DNA of 58,875 nt from a virus (lineage: Duplodnaviria; Caudoviricetes), in IMG/VR virus record IMGVR_UViG_3300044742_000342, positions 1 through 58,875 of that record, one strand, 5' to 3'. The notes beneath the pieces were generated by a model. The model saw nothing but the letters and a program-made list of their open reading frames with translations. It made no database searches and had not been told where the DNA came from. Made by a program: the position numbers and the translations under genes. Below, piece after piece: positions 9,779 through 18,693 of the stretch (position 1 is its first letter; every line of letters starts with the position of its first letter).

Positions 9779-10897
9779 ATGAGTCATAAAACAACAGTGC
9801 GGTTATTGAGCTGGACAGCCAATCCGATCGAGACCATTTACGCTGAGTGGGTACAGAGTCGAACCCAGGAACCTGTACCTAATCCCAGTGAATTACATCT
9901 GAAGATTGCTCACGAGAAAATGGACCAAAAAATCGCCGGAGTACCACCCGAGTTGGAGGCAAAAATTCTGGACGTATTCGAGAAGGTTGTGGCAATGAAG
10001 ATGCCGCTCGGTGAGTCCATCAGTTTCGTATTCCTCCTAGAGCATGTCCCTGTCGCCCTCCGCGAACAGCTGGTTCGCCATCGAATAGGGCATAAGTTCG
10101 GCGACCGGCTGGGGGCAGATATCATCCCCGATCTTGCTGGCGGAAGCTCGTTCTGGAGCCAGACCACCCGGATCGTGGACATGGGTACTTTTGCTACCGA
10201 CGGGGAGTACCTGACGCCGACATGGCTAGAGGAAAACGGACATGCAGATATGCCAGGATACACCAAAAAGGACGGTCAAGTTGTACCCGATGGTGAATCT
10301 CGTATAGGCTTTGCTGGTAACAGACCGGGAACAATTCAAGAGTTCTACGACAAGCAGATGCTCTGGATCCAAGCAGCCTATCGCCGATTAGTAAAGGCGG
10401 GGATGCCGCTAGAGGATGCCCGGAATATCTTGCCCGTTGCTATGATGCATCGCATGACCTGGACGACCAATCTGCAAGCACTTATGCATGTGCTTTCCAG
10501 AAGATCCTGCTGGCTCGCTCAACTGGGAATGTGGGAGCCTGTCGTGCATGGCATCGTAGAGGAACTGGCAAATCGAATTCATCCTACATTCCGGCGATTG
10601 ATTGATCCGCCTTGCATCAGTGCGGACGGCAATTTTCAAGCCTGCGCCTTCGTGAAGGAGAACGAGGAGATCGCTGGGAATGCAGCAGGGATAGGCAGGG
10701 GCGAATACCCGCCCTGCTCCCTTTGGGTCAATAGGGAGTTTCTACCCAAACATACCCTTCATGCTGGACTGCTGCCTAACCCGGAAAAAGCTGTTGCGGG
10801 TACTGGAAGAGTCCCCCGCTACGAGAAGATGATGACCAAGTACGAGAAGCTATGGGCGCGTGACCCCCGAACAGGGGAGAGAAAGGTGGTGGCATAA
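9779..10897 (+). CDS. thyX: Flavin-dependent thymidylate synthase ThyX-like protein (variant)
   Basis: QLVRHR, SFWSQTTR, EDARNILP, NLQAL-x5-RR-x-C-x-x-AQ. Confidence 0.8.
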   Translation: MSHKTTVRLLSWTANPIETIYAEWVQSRTQEPVPNPSELHLKIAHEKMDQKIAGVPPELEAKILDVFEKVVAMKMPLGESISFVFLLEHVPVALREQLVRHRIGHKFGDRLGADIIPDLAGGSSFWSQTTRIVDMGTFATDGEYLTPTWLEENGHADMPGYTKKDGQVVPDGESRIGFAGNRPGTIQEFYDKQMLWIQAAYRRLVKAGMPLEDARNILPVAMMHRMTWTTNLQALMHVLSRRSCWLAQLGMWEPVVHGIVEELANRIHPTFRRLIDPPCISADGNFQACAFVKENEEIAGNAAGIGRGEYPPCSLWVNREFLPKHTLHAGLLPNPEKAVAGTGRVPRYEKMMTKYEKLWARDPRTGERKVVA

Positions 10898-11136
10898 TGT
10901 CTACTTCAGCCGGAACAAAACGTCATCGAGAGCTTATTGTAAAGTTCTCTGAGCTAGTTGTTAGAGAGCTGAACTCCGACGATCCAGCCAAGAATGGACA
11001 GGAGTTTTTTAGTCGGGCCAAGTCCTTCATGGGTGACGACTACAACTCGCTACTCGGGATGTCGCTGAGAGACATCACTGAAGCTGTGACTATCAGAGAC
11101 CTGGCGGATATAGCTGGTCAGATCAATATGGTGTAG
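10897..11136 (+). CDS. Hypothetical protein
   Basis: TAATG coupling to the upstream stop. Confidence 0.6.
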   Translation: MSTSAGTKRHRELIVKFSELVVRELNSDDPAKNGQEFFSRAKSFMGDDYNSLLGMSLRDITEAVTIRDLADIAGQINMV

Positions 11137-11189
11137 CTATGCTGATGAAATGAAAGCTGTCGAGCAGCCGATCAGCTAGGAGCTAGGGA

Positions 11190-13430
11190 ATGGCGTTCTT
11201 TATCAACAAGCCGAAGCACTTTATCGATGGCAAGCGAATTGCTTTCGATACTGAAACTACAGGCCTTGATCTCTGGCACAACGACAAGCCCTTCGCCTTC
11301 AGCTTTACAAATGAAGCACTCGAGGATGCCTACTTTGAGTTTGACGTAAATCCACTTACGCGTGAGCCTATCATCCAGCCTAACGTTCTGAACAAGATCG
11401 CCAGGCTATTAGAGGATCCTGCCATAACGAAGGTCTGCCACAACCGCAAGTTCGACGAGCGAGCAATGGATCGTGGTTATGGCATTAAGCTTCTAGGCCC
11501 CCGCGCCGACACAATGATCAAGGCCTTCGTATGTAATACGAGGGAGCCTACGCTCGGCCTAAAGTTCCTCGGGGACAAGTATTGTGCCATCAGCAAGCAG
11601 GACCAGCAGGACCTCAAGAAGGCTGTAGTGAGTATGCGCCGCCGGGGAGCCAAAGTGGGGTGGAACATCAAGTTCGATATCGTGAAACAGCCAGACGGGA
11701 CAATCAAGAAAAAAGCCCAGACTGCCGCGGACTACTGGCTCCCTGGCACGATCGCCCGATGCTATCCCGTTATGCTCAAGCCCCTCGAGGACCGCGACTT
11801 GTACGCGGGGTTATGCGGCCTCTACGCCGTAGGCGATACCCAGCGGACAATGCTCCTGGACATGATGTATGAACCCATCTTGGACGAGCTGCACGTTAGG
11901 CATATCTACGAGGATATGGAACTCGCCCTGTACCCGGTGATTTATGACATGGAGACTCGCGGCCCGTGCACTGACACGGCTGTTCTCGATAGGCAAATGC
12001 ATGATTCCAAAGCAGTTATGGACGAAATCTATCCGCGCCTGGCCGCTGTCGCTGGCGAGGGGTTTCGCCCCTCAGCTGCCGACGACGTAAGGAGACTCTT
12101 CTATGAAGTCCTCGAATTCCCGATCAAGAAGTGGACGAAGGGCGGCAAAGAAACTGTCAAGGACAGAAAAACTGGAGAAATCCGGGCAAAAACCCAAGCC
12201 GAAATCGACGCCAAAAAACAACCCGCCGTCGATAAGTTCGTTATCCTTGACCATATCGATGATCCAGTTGTTAGAGACCTTGCCATCTGGAAGGGTAATA
12301 ATACGGCGTATACTGGATTCTTCTCTAAGTTCCGCCGCCAAAGTATTCCTGATACGTTTGGTGGACAGACAGCTCTGCATTGTGAATATAGGCAAGTCGG
12401 AGGAGACCAAAAGGGCGACCGTGGAGGAGTTGCAACGGGCAGGCTCTCTTCAGCTAATCCTAACTTGCAGAATGTGATGACGCCTGAGAACACGATGGCC
12501 GTGCATCCCCTGCATGTCCGCCCCGCTTTCATCCCTAGACCTGGAATGTGTTGGCTGTGCATTGACTACGAGGGTATGGAAGTATTCGTATATGCTATTG
12601 TATCCGGCGAACCCACAATGATGACCGCTATCAATGCCGGGCGTAGCATTCACGATGAGATGACCAATACCGTCTGGGGCGGCAAGGACAATGAGGAGGC
12701 TCTGAAACAGGCCATCCGTGCCCTGTCCCTGGACGGTACTGGTATGCATACGTCCGAGGGGGTGGACACTTTCTGGAGAGAGTTTGGCATTACCGACAAG
12801 AATGTACTCACACTGACTCTTCCCAGAAAGTACCAGCTCGCCGACATCTGGTTGAGCCGATATGACTACGATCAAGTCCGAGCCCAGGCAGGTGTGGGCA
12901 GGAAGAACTCCAAAACAACTATCAAGTCCCTAACCTTCCTAAAGATCTACTGCGGCGGAGCTGAGAAGGCCACCCTCCTTTTGAAGTGCCCAATCGACGA
13001 AGCCCAGCGAACCCTGGACTTGTACGATACAAAGTTTCCTCGTATCAATGAGTACAATTACGAGCTGATCGCCGAGGCCAAAGCCAACGGCTTTATCACC
13101 AGCCAGTGGGGTCGGCGACTGGAGATCAATCCGGACAAGCCCTATCAGGCTGTGAACTATATGATTCAAGGCTCTTCCGCGGACCTGATGAAGATGTCGC
13201 TGATTCGCCTTGACAAGTGGTACAAGGAATCCGGATTTAATGCGTACCTGCTTTTAACCATCCACGACGAGATCGTAACAGAACTCTCCTACGCCGAACT
13301 CACCAAGCCCTTTATCCGAGAGGCCTGTCGAATTATGTGTGACACACAGGGGGTCTTCCCAATTCCAATGAAGGTCGAAGCGAAGGTCGTAACCGACAAT
13401 TGGAGCATTAAGAGAAAGGTCGCTGTGTAA
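11190..13430 (+). CDS. polA: Family A DNA polymerase with 3'-5' exonuclease
   Basis: FDTETTG, HNRKFD, ATGRLSSANPNLQN, motif A IDYEGME, IQGSSAD, motif C TIHDE. Confidence 0.95.
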   Translation: MAFFINKPKHFIDGKRIAFDTETTGLDLWHNDKPFAFSFTNEALEDAYFEFDVNPLTREPIIQPNVLNKIARLLEDPAITKVCHNRKFDERAMDRGYGIKLLGPRADTMIKAFVCNTREPTLGLKFLGDKYCAISKQDQQDLKKAVVSMRRRGAKVGWNIKFDIVKQPDGTIKKKAQTAADYWLPGTIARCYPVMLKPLEDRDLYAGLCGLYAVGDTQRTMLLDMMYEPILDELHVRHIYEDMELALYPVIYDMETRGPCTDTAVLDRQMHDSKAVMDEIYPRLAAVAGEGFRPSAADDVRRLFYEVLEFPIKKWTKGGKETVKDRKTGEIRAKTQAEIDAKKQPAVDKFVILDHIDDPVVRDLAIWKGNNTAYTGFFSKFRRQSIPDTFGGQTALHCEYRQVGGDQKGDRGGVATGRLSSANPNLQNVMTPENTMAVHPLHVRPAFIPRPGMCWLCIDYEGMEVFVYAIVSGEPTMMTAINAGRSIHDEMTNTVWGGKDNEEALKQAIRALSLDGTGMHTSEGVDTFWREFGITDKNVLTLTLPRKYQLADIWLSRYDYDQVRAQAGVGRKNSKTTIKSLTFLKIYCGGAEKATLLLKCPIDEAQRTLDLYDTKFPRINEYNYELIAEAKANGFITSQWGRRLEINPDKPYQAVNYMIQGSSADLMKMSLIRLDKWYKESGFNAYLLLTIHDEIVTELSYAELTKPFIREACRIMCDTQGVFPIPMKVEAKVVTDNWSIKRKVAV

Positions 13431-13669
13431 TGATAACCCTGAACGAGTACCAGAAGCTGATGATCAAACATAGTAGTACGCGATTAAATGCCGGGTCAAT
13501 ACGGCAGGAGATGATGCAAACAATCAACGCTCTCGGCTTTGCCAAGAACGACGAGGAGCTGCGCGATTCTCTGGGGGAGATCCTGAGATTGGTCGCTGTC
13601 TATGCAGGCGGCAAGTTGATTGCATTGGACGACGTCGTGGACAAGAGCGTCAAGAAGGCCCAGGCCTAG
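13430..13669 (+). CDS. Degenerate MazG-like helical protein
   Basis: LNEYQ...LGEIL...LDDVV resembles MazG, but the acidic catalytic pattern is incomplete. Confidence 0.4.
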   Translation: MITLNEYQKLMIKHSSTRLNAGSIRQEMMQTINALGFAKNDEELRDSLGEILRLVAVYAGGKLIALDDVVDKSVKKAQA

Positions 13670-13677
13670 GAGTCCTA

Positions 13678-14049
13678 ATGCAGTTGTCGCCGCGTAAAGC
13701 TGCTGAAAGAACTAGAAAGCGTAAGGAAATCGGCATTTATGCCGAAGCCCATCCAGGTACATGCCAAAAGGTCCTGGCTATAAAGTTCGATGTCTCTCAG
13801 CAGCAGGTGTCGATCGCCTTAAGACAGCATGGAATCAGAACTCGCAAGGTACGTAAGGACGCCATGACGGTGAAGCCGGACTCATTTGTGCAGTGCTTCA
13901 TCTGTTTACACATAGTGGACAAGCGAACGGGCTGGAAGCTCTGTAATCGGTATGCTCACCCGATGTGTGTCAAGATCATTGCCGAGTCAGTTGTTGAGCA
14001 AGTTGAAATGAAACGAGCAAAGGAGCTACATGGAAAGGCCCCCGGATAA
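13678..14049 (+). CDS. HTH DNA-binding protein with C-terminal Zn-binding motif
   Basis: QKVLAIKFDVSQQQVSIAL HTH; CFIC...HPMC. Confidence 0.65.
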   Translation: MQLSPRKAAERTRKRKEIGIYAEAHPGTCQKVLAIKFDVSQQQVSIALRQHGIRTRKVRKDAMTVKPDSFVQCFICLHIVDKRTGWKLCNRYAHPMCVKIIAESVVEQVEMKRAKELHGKAPG

Positions 14050-16108
14050 ACTTAAACCTTTCCTTTGTCATGGGCTGGAACCAATTGACGTGGCAGGTAA
14101 CAACACCATCGCCAATTGTCCAATTTGTGGCAGAGAAGGTCATTTCTATGTCAACAACGAGACCGGGCAATGGGATTGTAAGTCCTGCCTAGCCAATGGC
14201 AATGTTCATGCATTCCTACATCTGGTGATAAAGGGGCATCTTGCTGCCACAACCGAGGATCAATACAATTGGCTGGCTTCAGTCCGTGGTATTCCACCGG
14301 GCATATTCCGGTCCAACGACGTGTGCTTTAATGGGGTTGAATGGCTAATTCCCTGCTATAATGAGAATGGCACAATCATGGACATCCGCCGTTGGGACGG
14401 CCAGAATCGGCTGATGAGCACGGACGGCTGCAACCTCAATGTGTTTCGCTACCGAGAATTGTATAAATGCGGTTACCACCAGCGGGTGTGGATATGTGAG
14501 GGCGAATGGGATTGCATGGCGATGCAATGGATGCTCAAGAAGGTCCATCGCTTTCTTGACGTCCCTGTGGGCATCCCCGGCGCAGGGACATTTAAGGACA
14601 AGTGGTGTGAAGCCTTCCGTGGTAAGCACTCCACCTTCTGCTATGATAATGACGAACCAGGGGACAAGGGGTCCCTCCGCGCCTCGGCGAAGCTCTTAGG
14701 TACCGCCGCTAAGATAGACTTTCTCTGCTGGCCTAAGACACGACCCAATGGCTATGACGTAAGGGATTTTGTCTGCGAATCTCTGGGGAAAAATGAGAGT
14801 GCCGACAAGGCGTTTGAATTATTTCAGAAGCTGATCAAGCCAAAACATCGGTTAGACACATCTTCTCCAGAAGGTGGCGCGAAGCCCGTAGGAATGAAGC
14901 CCGCTGGATTCAAGGAGGTTGTCGAGGAGTTCAAGAAGTGGATTGAAGTGGACTCTGAATTTGAGACAGCCCTGGCTGTGGCTTTGGCTGTGTGTCTGTC
15001 TAACGAGGTACCGGGTGAGCCCTTGTGGTTTTATCTTGTGGCTCCGCCCGGTGGAGGCAAGAATGTAATCCTGATGGCTTTACAAGAATCTCACCGTACC
15101 GTATTCCGTAGCTCGCTTACCCCCGCCAGCTTGGTGAGCGGATTTAATGTCCATCCTGATCCCAGTCTGCTACCGCACCTTAACGGCAGGACAGCTATAT
15201 TCAAGGACGGTACCGAACTTCTCGCTCTGCATCCGGATGCTCGGAAAGAAGCTTATGGCATTCTGCGAGGCGCGTATGACGGTAGGGTGACACGATCGTG
15301 GGGCAATGGCGTAAAACGGGACTACAAGATTCATTTTAACATGCTCGTGGGCATCACCCCTGCTATCCATGGGGACAACCAAGCTTCGATGGGTGAGCGA
15401 TTCCTCAAGTTCAATATGTCCCAAAATGGTGTGGACGAAAGGGACAAGATTCGAATGGCTATCAAACAAATAACCAAGGAAGTCAAGATGGAGCAAGATC
15501 TAATTGGCGTATGTCGCCGGTTCATGTTGCAGGATGTAGACTACGTCAAGCTTCGTCCTATCAGCACCTCGTACGAGGAAAGGATTATTTCTCTCTCACA
15601 GCTTGTGAGCATCCTTAGAGCTCAGGTAGACCGAGCAGGTTATGGGCGGAATGATATTCAGTACAGGCCTGTGCGAGAGGTAGGTTCCCGAGTGGCTAAG
15701 GTACTTATAAAGCTGGCGAGGATGCTCTGCTATGTGTATGATGTGCCTTGTGTAACAGAATTCATATACGGAATAATCAAGCGAATAGCCATTGATACCT
15801 GTACAGGCTATCATGTGGACATTGTCCGGGTAATGGCCCGTGCCCCAGACGGCATGAGTCGAGAACAGATAGCCACCTACTCCAAGATCCCCCTTGGCAT
15901 GATCTATACAAAGCTGGATGACCTGGAGCAGCTCAACATCGTGGAAAAGAAGAAGACGGACAGGCCAAAGGGTTACCGAGGGATGCTCCCTACGATATGG
16001 GTACTAACCAAAACAATGGCCGGTTTGTGGAATAAATCCGTGGCTATAAGGGTTACAGCGCCGCCCCGCGCAGCCCAAACAGGCTCAACAAGCCGGCAGG
16101 GGGGATAG
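14030..16108 (+). CDS. Primase-helicase (Zn finger + TOPRIM + P-loop ATPase + wHTH)
   Basis: CPIC...CKSC, CEGEWD, CYDNDEPG, APPGGGK. Confidence 0.9.
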   Translation: MERPPDKLKPFLCHGLEPIDVAGNNTIANCPICGREGHFYVNNETGQWDCKSCLANGNVHAFLHLVIKGHLAATTEDQYNWLASVRGIPPGIFRSNDVCFNGVEWLIPCYNENGTIMDIRRWDGQNRLMSTDGCNLNVFRYRELYKCGYHQRVWICEGEWDCMAMQWMLKKVHRFLDVPVGIPGAGTFKDKWCEAFRGKHSTFCYDNDEPGDKGSLRASAKLLGTAAKIDFLCWPKTRPNGYDVRDFVCESLGKNESADKAFELFQKLIKPKHRLDTSSPEGGAKPVGMKPAGFKEVVEEFKKWIEVDSEFETALAVALAVCLSNEVPGEPLWFYLVAPPGGGKNVILMALQESHRTVFRSSLTPASLVSGFNVHPDPSLLPHLNGRTAIFKDGTELLALHPDARKEAYGILRGAYDGRVTRSWGNGVKRDYKIHFNMLVGITPAIHGDNQASMGERFLKFNMSQNGVDERDKIRMAIKQITKEVKMEQDLIGVCRRFMLQDVDYVKLRPISTSYEERIISLSQLVSILRAQVDRAGYGRNDIQYRPVREVGSRVAKVLIKLARMLCYVYDVPCVTEFIYGIIKRIAIDTCTGYHVDIVRVMARAPDGMSREQIATYSKIPLGMIYTKLDDLEQLNIVEKKKTDRPKGYRGMLPTIWVLTKTMAGLWNKSVAIRVTAPPRAAQTGSTSRQGG

Positions 16109-16218
16109 AAATGAATATAAGCGTTTTTGAGGGCCAGCCGAAGACTTCCTTCGCCTGCGCTAGTAGGAACCTCTATAACGCATTGCATAGCCCCTTTTTC
16201 TAGTTTGGAGGCTCAAAA

Positions 16219-16497
16219 ATGAGTATACAGGTTCGCAGGGCTCTGAAAAAGTCCAAAATCCAGATGATGCTGGAAGAACGAGTACGTTCCTCCAATCCAC
16301 TTGAGGTATGCTGGCCGGGCCAATTAGCAGGTGGACGGCGACTGATCGGGCAGTGGTGGAGGGTATGGATAGAGGGGCGAACTTGTCAGTACTTTGCGGG
16401 TTATGTCTCTGGTAAGCAGGAGCAGGCCATTGCGCATGCTCGTAAGTACTGGCCGGAGAGTGTAGGCAAATTGGTTCTCACTCCGAGGAATGCATGA
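16219..16497 (+). CDS. Hypothetical protein (paralog A)
   Basis: GGAGG RBS; similar to the next ORF. Confidence 0.65.
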   Translation: MSIQVRRALKKSKIQMMLEERVRSSNPLEVCWPGQLAGGRRLIGQWWRVWIEGRTCQYFAGYVSGKQEQAIAHARKYWPESVGKLVLTPRNA

Positions 16498-16748
16498 ACT
16501 CTTCTTCCCCAGAAAGTCCGTCAGCCCTGGACATCATGTCTGGAACCTACAAAGGGAAGTACTGCGAGGTTTGGCTAGAGGGGACGCACTTTCTGGGAGT
16601 GATGCTTGGATCGGCAAAAGATGTAAAACATAAAGCAGCAGAACTATGGCCGCACCTGGTGGGGCGATTTGTTGTGATTCAAAGGGGTGTTAGACCCATT
16701 CGATTTCCACCCAGCCCGGCAGCCCGGCCACGGTCACGAACCCGCTGA
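16494..16748 (+). CDS. Hypothetical protein (paralog B)
   Basis: ATGA overlap; VW-x-EG...A-x-x-x-WP-x-x-VG shared with paralog A. Confidence 0.6.
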   Translation: MNSSSPESPSALDIMSGTYKGKYCEVWLEGTHFLGVMLGSAKDVKHKAAELWPHLVGRFVVIQRGVRPIRFPPSPAARPRSRTR

Positions 16749-18678
16749 CGGGGTTGGTTGCTCGCAATCGGAACTGGCGTTTGGCATCGCTGTCCACCAG
16801 GTAGCGAATCTCCGGGCTCACCTGGGTCTGGTCCACATTGCCGTCGGTGACCGCCATGGTGCACAGCACGTTGCTGTCCTTGTCGAGGATTTCCAGGGTG
16901 ATGGCCTTGCCGGACTGGCTGGCCAGGGCTTTCCTGATGATCGTGAACTTTCGGACGGTGCAGCCGCGAGGGACCTTGCGCATGTGAGGCACGGTCGGCG
17001 TGCCCGATCCGGTGGTTTTTACTTCGGCTGTCGTCGTGGGCGTGGGCAGGCCATCGTCAACCGTCGTCGGCGCAAGCCGCCACGTCATCACCTTGACGCC
17101 CGGCGCCAGCGATGTGTTGCCGTAGTGGGCGTTCAGGAACACGTCCACCGGCTCCATAGCCGACCCGTTCCAGCAGCCCCGAACCTCGGCGCGGGCGTAG
17201 GCGCTGAGGATCTCGCCGTTGGTGGGGAAATCCCAGCTCAGCTGATCGTAGAACTGTCCGAACAGTTCGCTGTCGGCGATAAGCGTAGAAAGGTGGTAGG
17301 GCAGCACGTAATCCGATCCGCCGACCCCGCTGAACTTGAAGCCCAGCAGCGGCGACAGGCGGGAGTCCCGGATGGTCAGGTGACCCCGTCTGTGCATGCG
17401 GATGGCGTCCGGCACCAGCACGTTAGAGGTCACCGTGGTGAGGTTGCCCTGCATCGTCACGGTGGCCAGTGCGTTCAGCTCCAACAAGCGGCCGTAGGTG
17501 CGGGCATCGGTGGCGACGACGTTGGCGGGATCATCGCCCGGCGCCCGCAGTTCCGGGGCGATGGCGAGAAACTCGAAGTTGCCGTTGTTGGTGCCGATCA
17601 GGCTGCCGTCTCCCGCTCCCCCTTCGACGATCTTGGTCAAGAGCCCGCCGGGCATGCAGATCATGTTCGCACAGTCCAGCTTCAGCTTGCCCCCGGCCTG
17701 GATGAGCATCCCCACGCCCTGCTTCCACACGACAGCGTCCTCAGCGGAGAACGTGGCGGGCCAGTAGGTGTCGCAGGTCACGTTGTTGGCGTCGAAGGCG
17801 GTGATCAGGCGTGTGCCCTGGCCCGGCACGGTCACCAGATGAAGCCCATCGGCCATCGCCGCCGTGAACGTTCCGCCCGGCGAGTTGAGGTTGGTGGTTC
17901 CTGCAGTGGCCGCTGCATCACTGATCGACAGGACCGTCTCCCCGCCCTCAACGTAGAACTCATTGTCGCGCAGCCAGATGTTGACCGCCTGCGGGTTGCC
18001 GTTCATCCAAAGTCCGACCTGACCCGGTCGCACCACCCACTTCACGCGGTTAAATTTGACCTCCGAGACGTTGACAGCGCCAGCAAGTCGCACGGCCGCT
18101 GCGAAGTTTTCAAACGCCACGTCCTCGAAGATGAAGTTCTGAACTCGTCCTCCAGAGCCCGGCTGCTCCAGGTTGAAGCCGCGCTCGACGCGGTTGGCGG
18201 ACACGAATCGGACGTTGCGGATCGCGCTGAACGCGAACAGGTCCTGGTTATCGCACAGCCATTCATCCGTGTTCCAGTCACAGATGATCTCTGCCGATTC
18301 CGGCCCGTCAGAGGTGATGACCAGGCCTCGCAGGCTGACGTCGCCGGTCGTGAGCGTGGGGGTCAAAGCATTGGGGGAGGTGAGGCGGTAGCGTGATCCG
18401 CTTTTGAGATAGAGCGACGGGATGAATCCGCGGAATCCGCTGTCATAGTACGGCGAGGAAACCTTAGCGGCTTCAATGGCGACCAGGGCGGCGGCGAAGG
18501 CTGCATCGGCGGAGGCTGCGCCGGTGGGGTCGGCGTCGAAGTCGTTGACGTTGCAGCTCCCGTTCTGCACCCGGCGCGAGAGCTGGCCGAAGTTGTCCAT
18601 CAGCAGTGACCCGCCTGCGCCGGTGGACGCGGGCGAGGGGAATTGTAACGTGTTACGGGTGATAATGGTTGGCATCAA
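16690..18678 (-). CDS. Tail spike / receptor-binding protein (beta-helix)
   Basis: NVNDFDADPTG..AFAAA pectate-lyase-3-like start; last gene of the tail module; GGAG RBS. Confidence 0.7.
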   Translation of the reverse strand: MMPTIITRNTLQFPSPASTGAGGSLLMDNFGQLSRRVQNGSCNVNDFDADPTGAASADAAFAAALVAIEAAKVSSPYYDSGFRGFIPSLYLKSGSRYRLTSPNALTPTLTTGDVSLRGLVITSDGPESAEIICDWNTDEWLCDNQDLFAFSAIRNVRFVSANRVERGFNLEQPGSGGRVQNFIFEDVAFENFAAAVRLAGAVNVSEVKFNRVKWVVRPGQVGLWMNGNPQAVNIWLRDNEFYVEGGETVLSISDAAATAGTTNLNSPGGTFTAAMADGLHLVTVPGQGTRLITAFDANNVTCDTYWPATFSAEDAVVWKQGVGMLIQAGGKLKLDCANMICMPGGLLTKIVEGGAGDGSLIGTNNGNFEFLAIAPELRAPGDDPANVVATDARTYGRLLELNALATVTMQGNLTTVTSNVLVPDAIRMHRRGHLTIRDSRLSPLLGFKFSGVGGSDYVLPYHLSTLIADSELFGQFYDQLSWDFPTNGEILSAYARAEVRGCWNGSAMEPVDVFLNAHYGNTSLAPGVKVMTWRLAPTTVDDGLPTPTTTAEVKTTGSGTPTVPHMRKVPRGCTVRKFTIIRKALASQSGKAITLEILDKDSNVLCTMAVTDGNVDQTQVSPEIRYLVDSDAKRQFRLRATNPVSGFVTVAGLPGWVEIEWV

Positions 18679-18693
18679 ACTACTCCTTCGGCC

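Noticed and set aside
7851-13430. 2-aminoadenine (Z) or 7-deazaguanine pathway
   Set aside because: No PurZ, FolE/QueCDE or DpdA motifs recognised
16687-18396. 569-aa + strand ORF
   Set aside because: Antisense shadow of the high-GC spike gene; no RBS and no recognisable motifs
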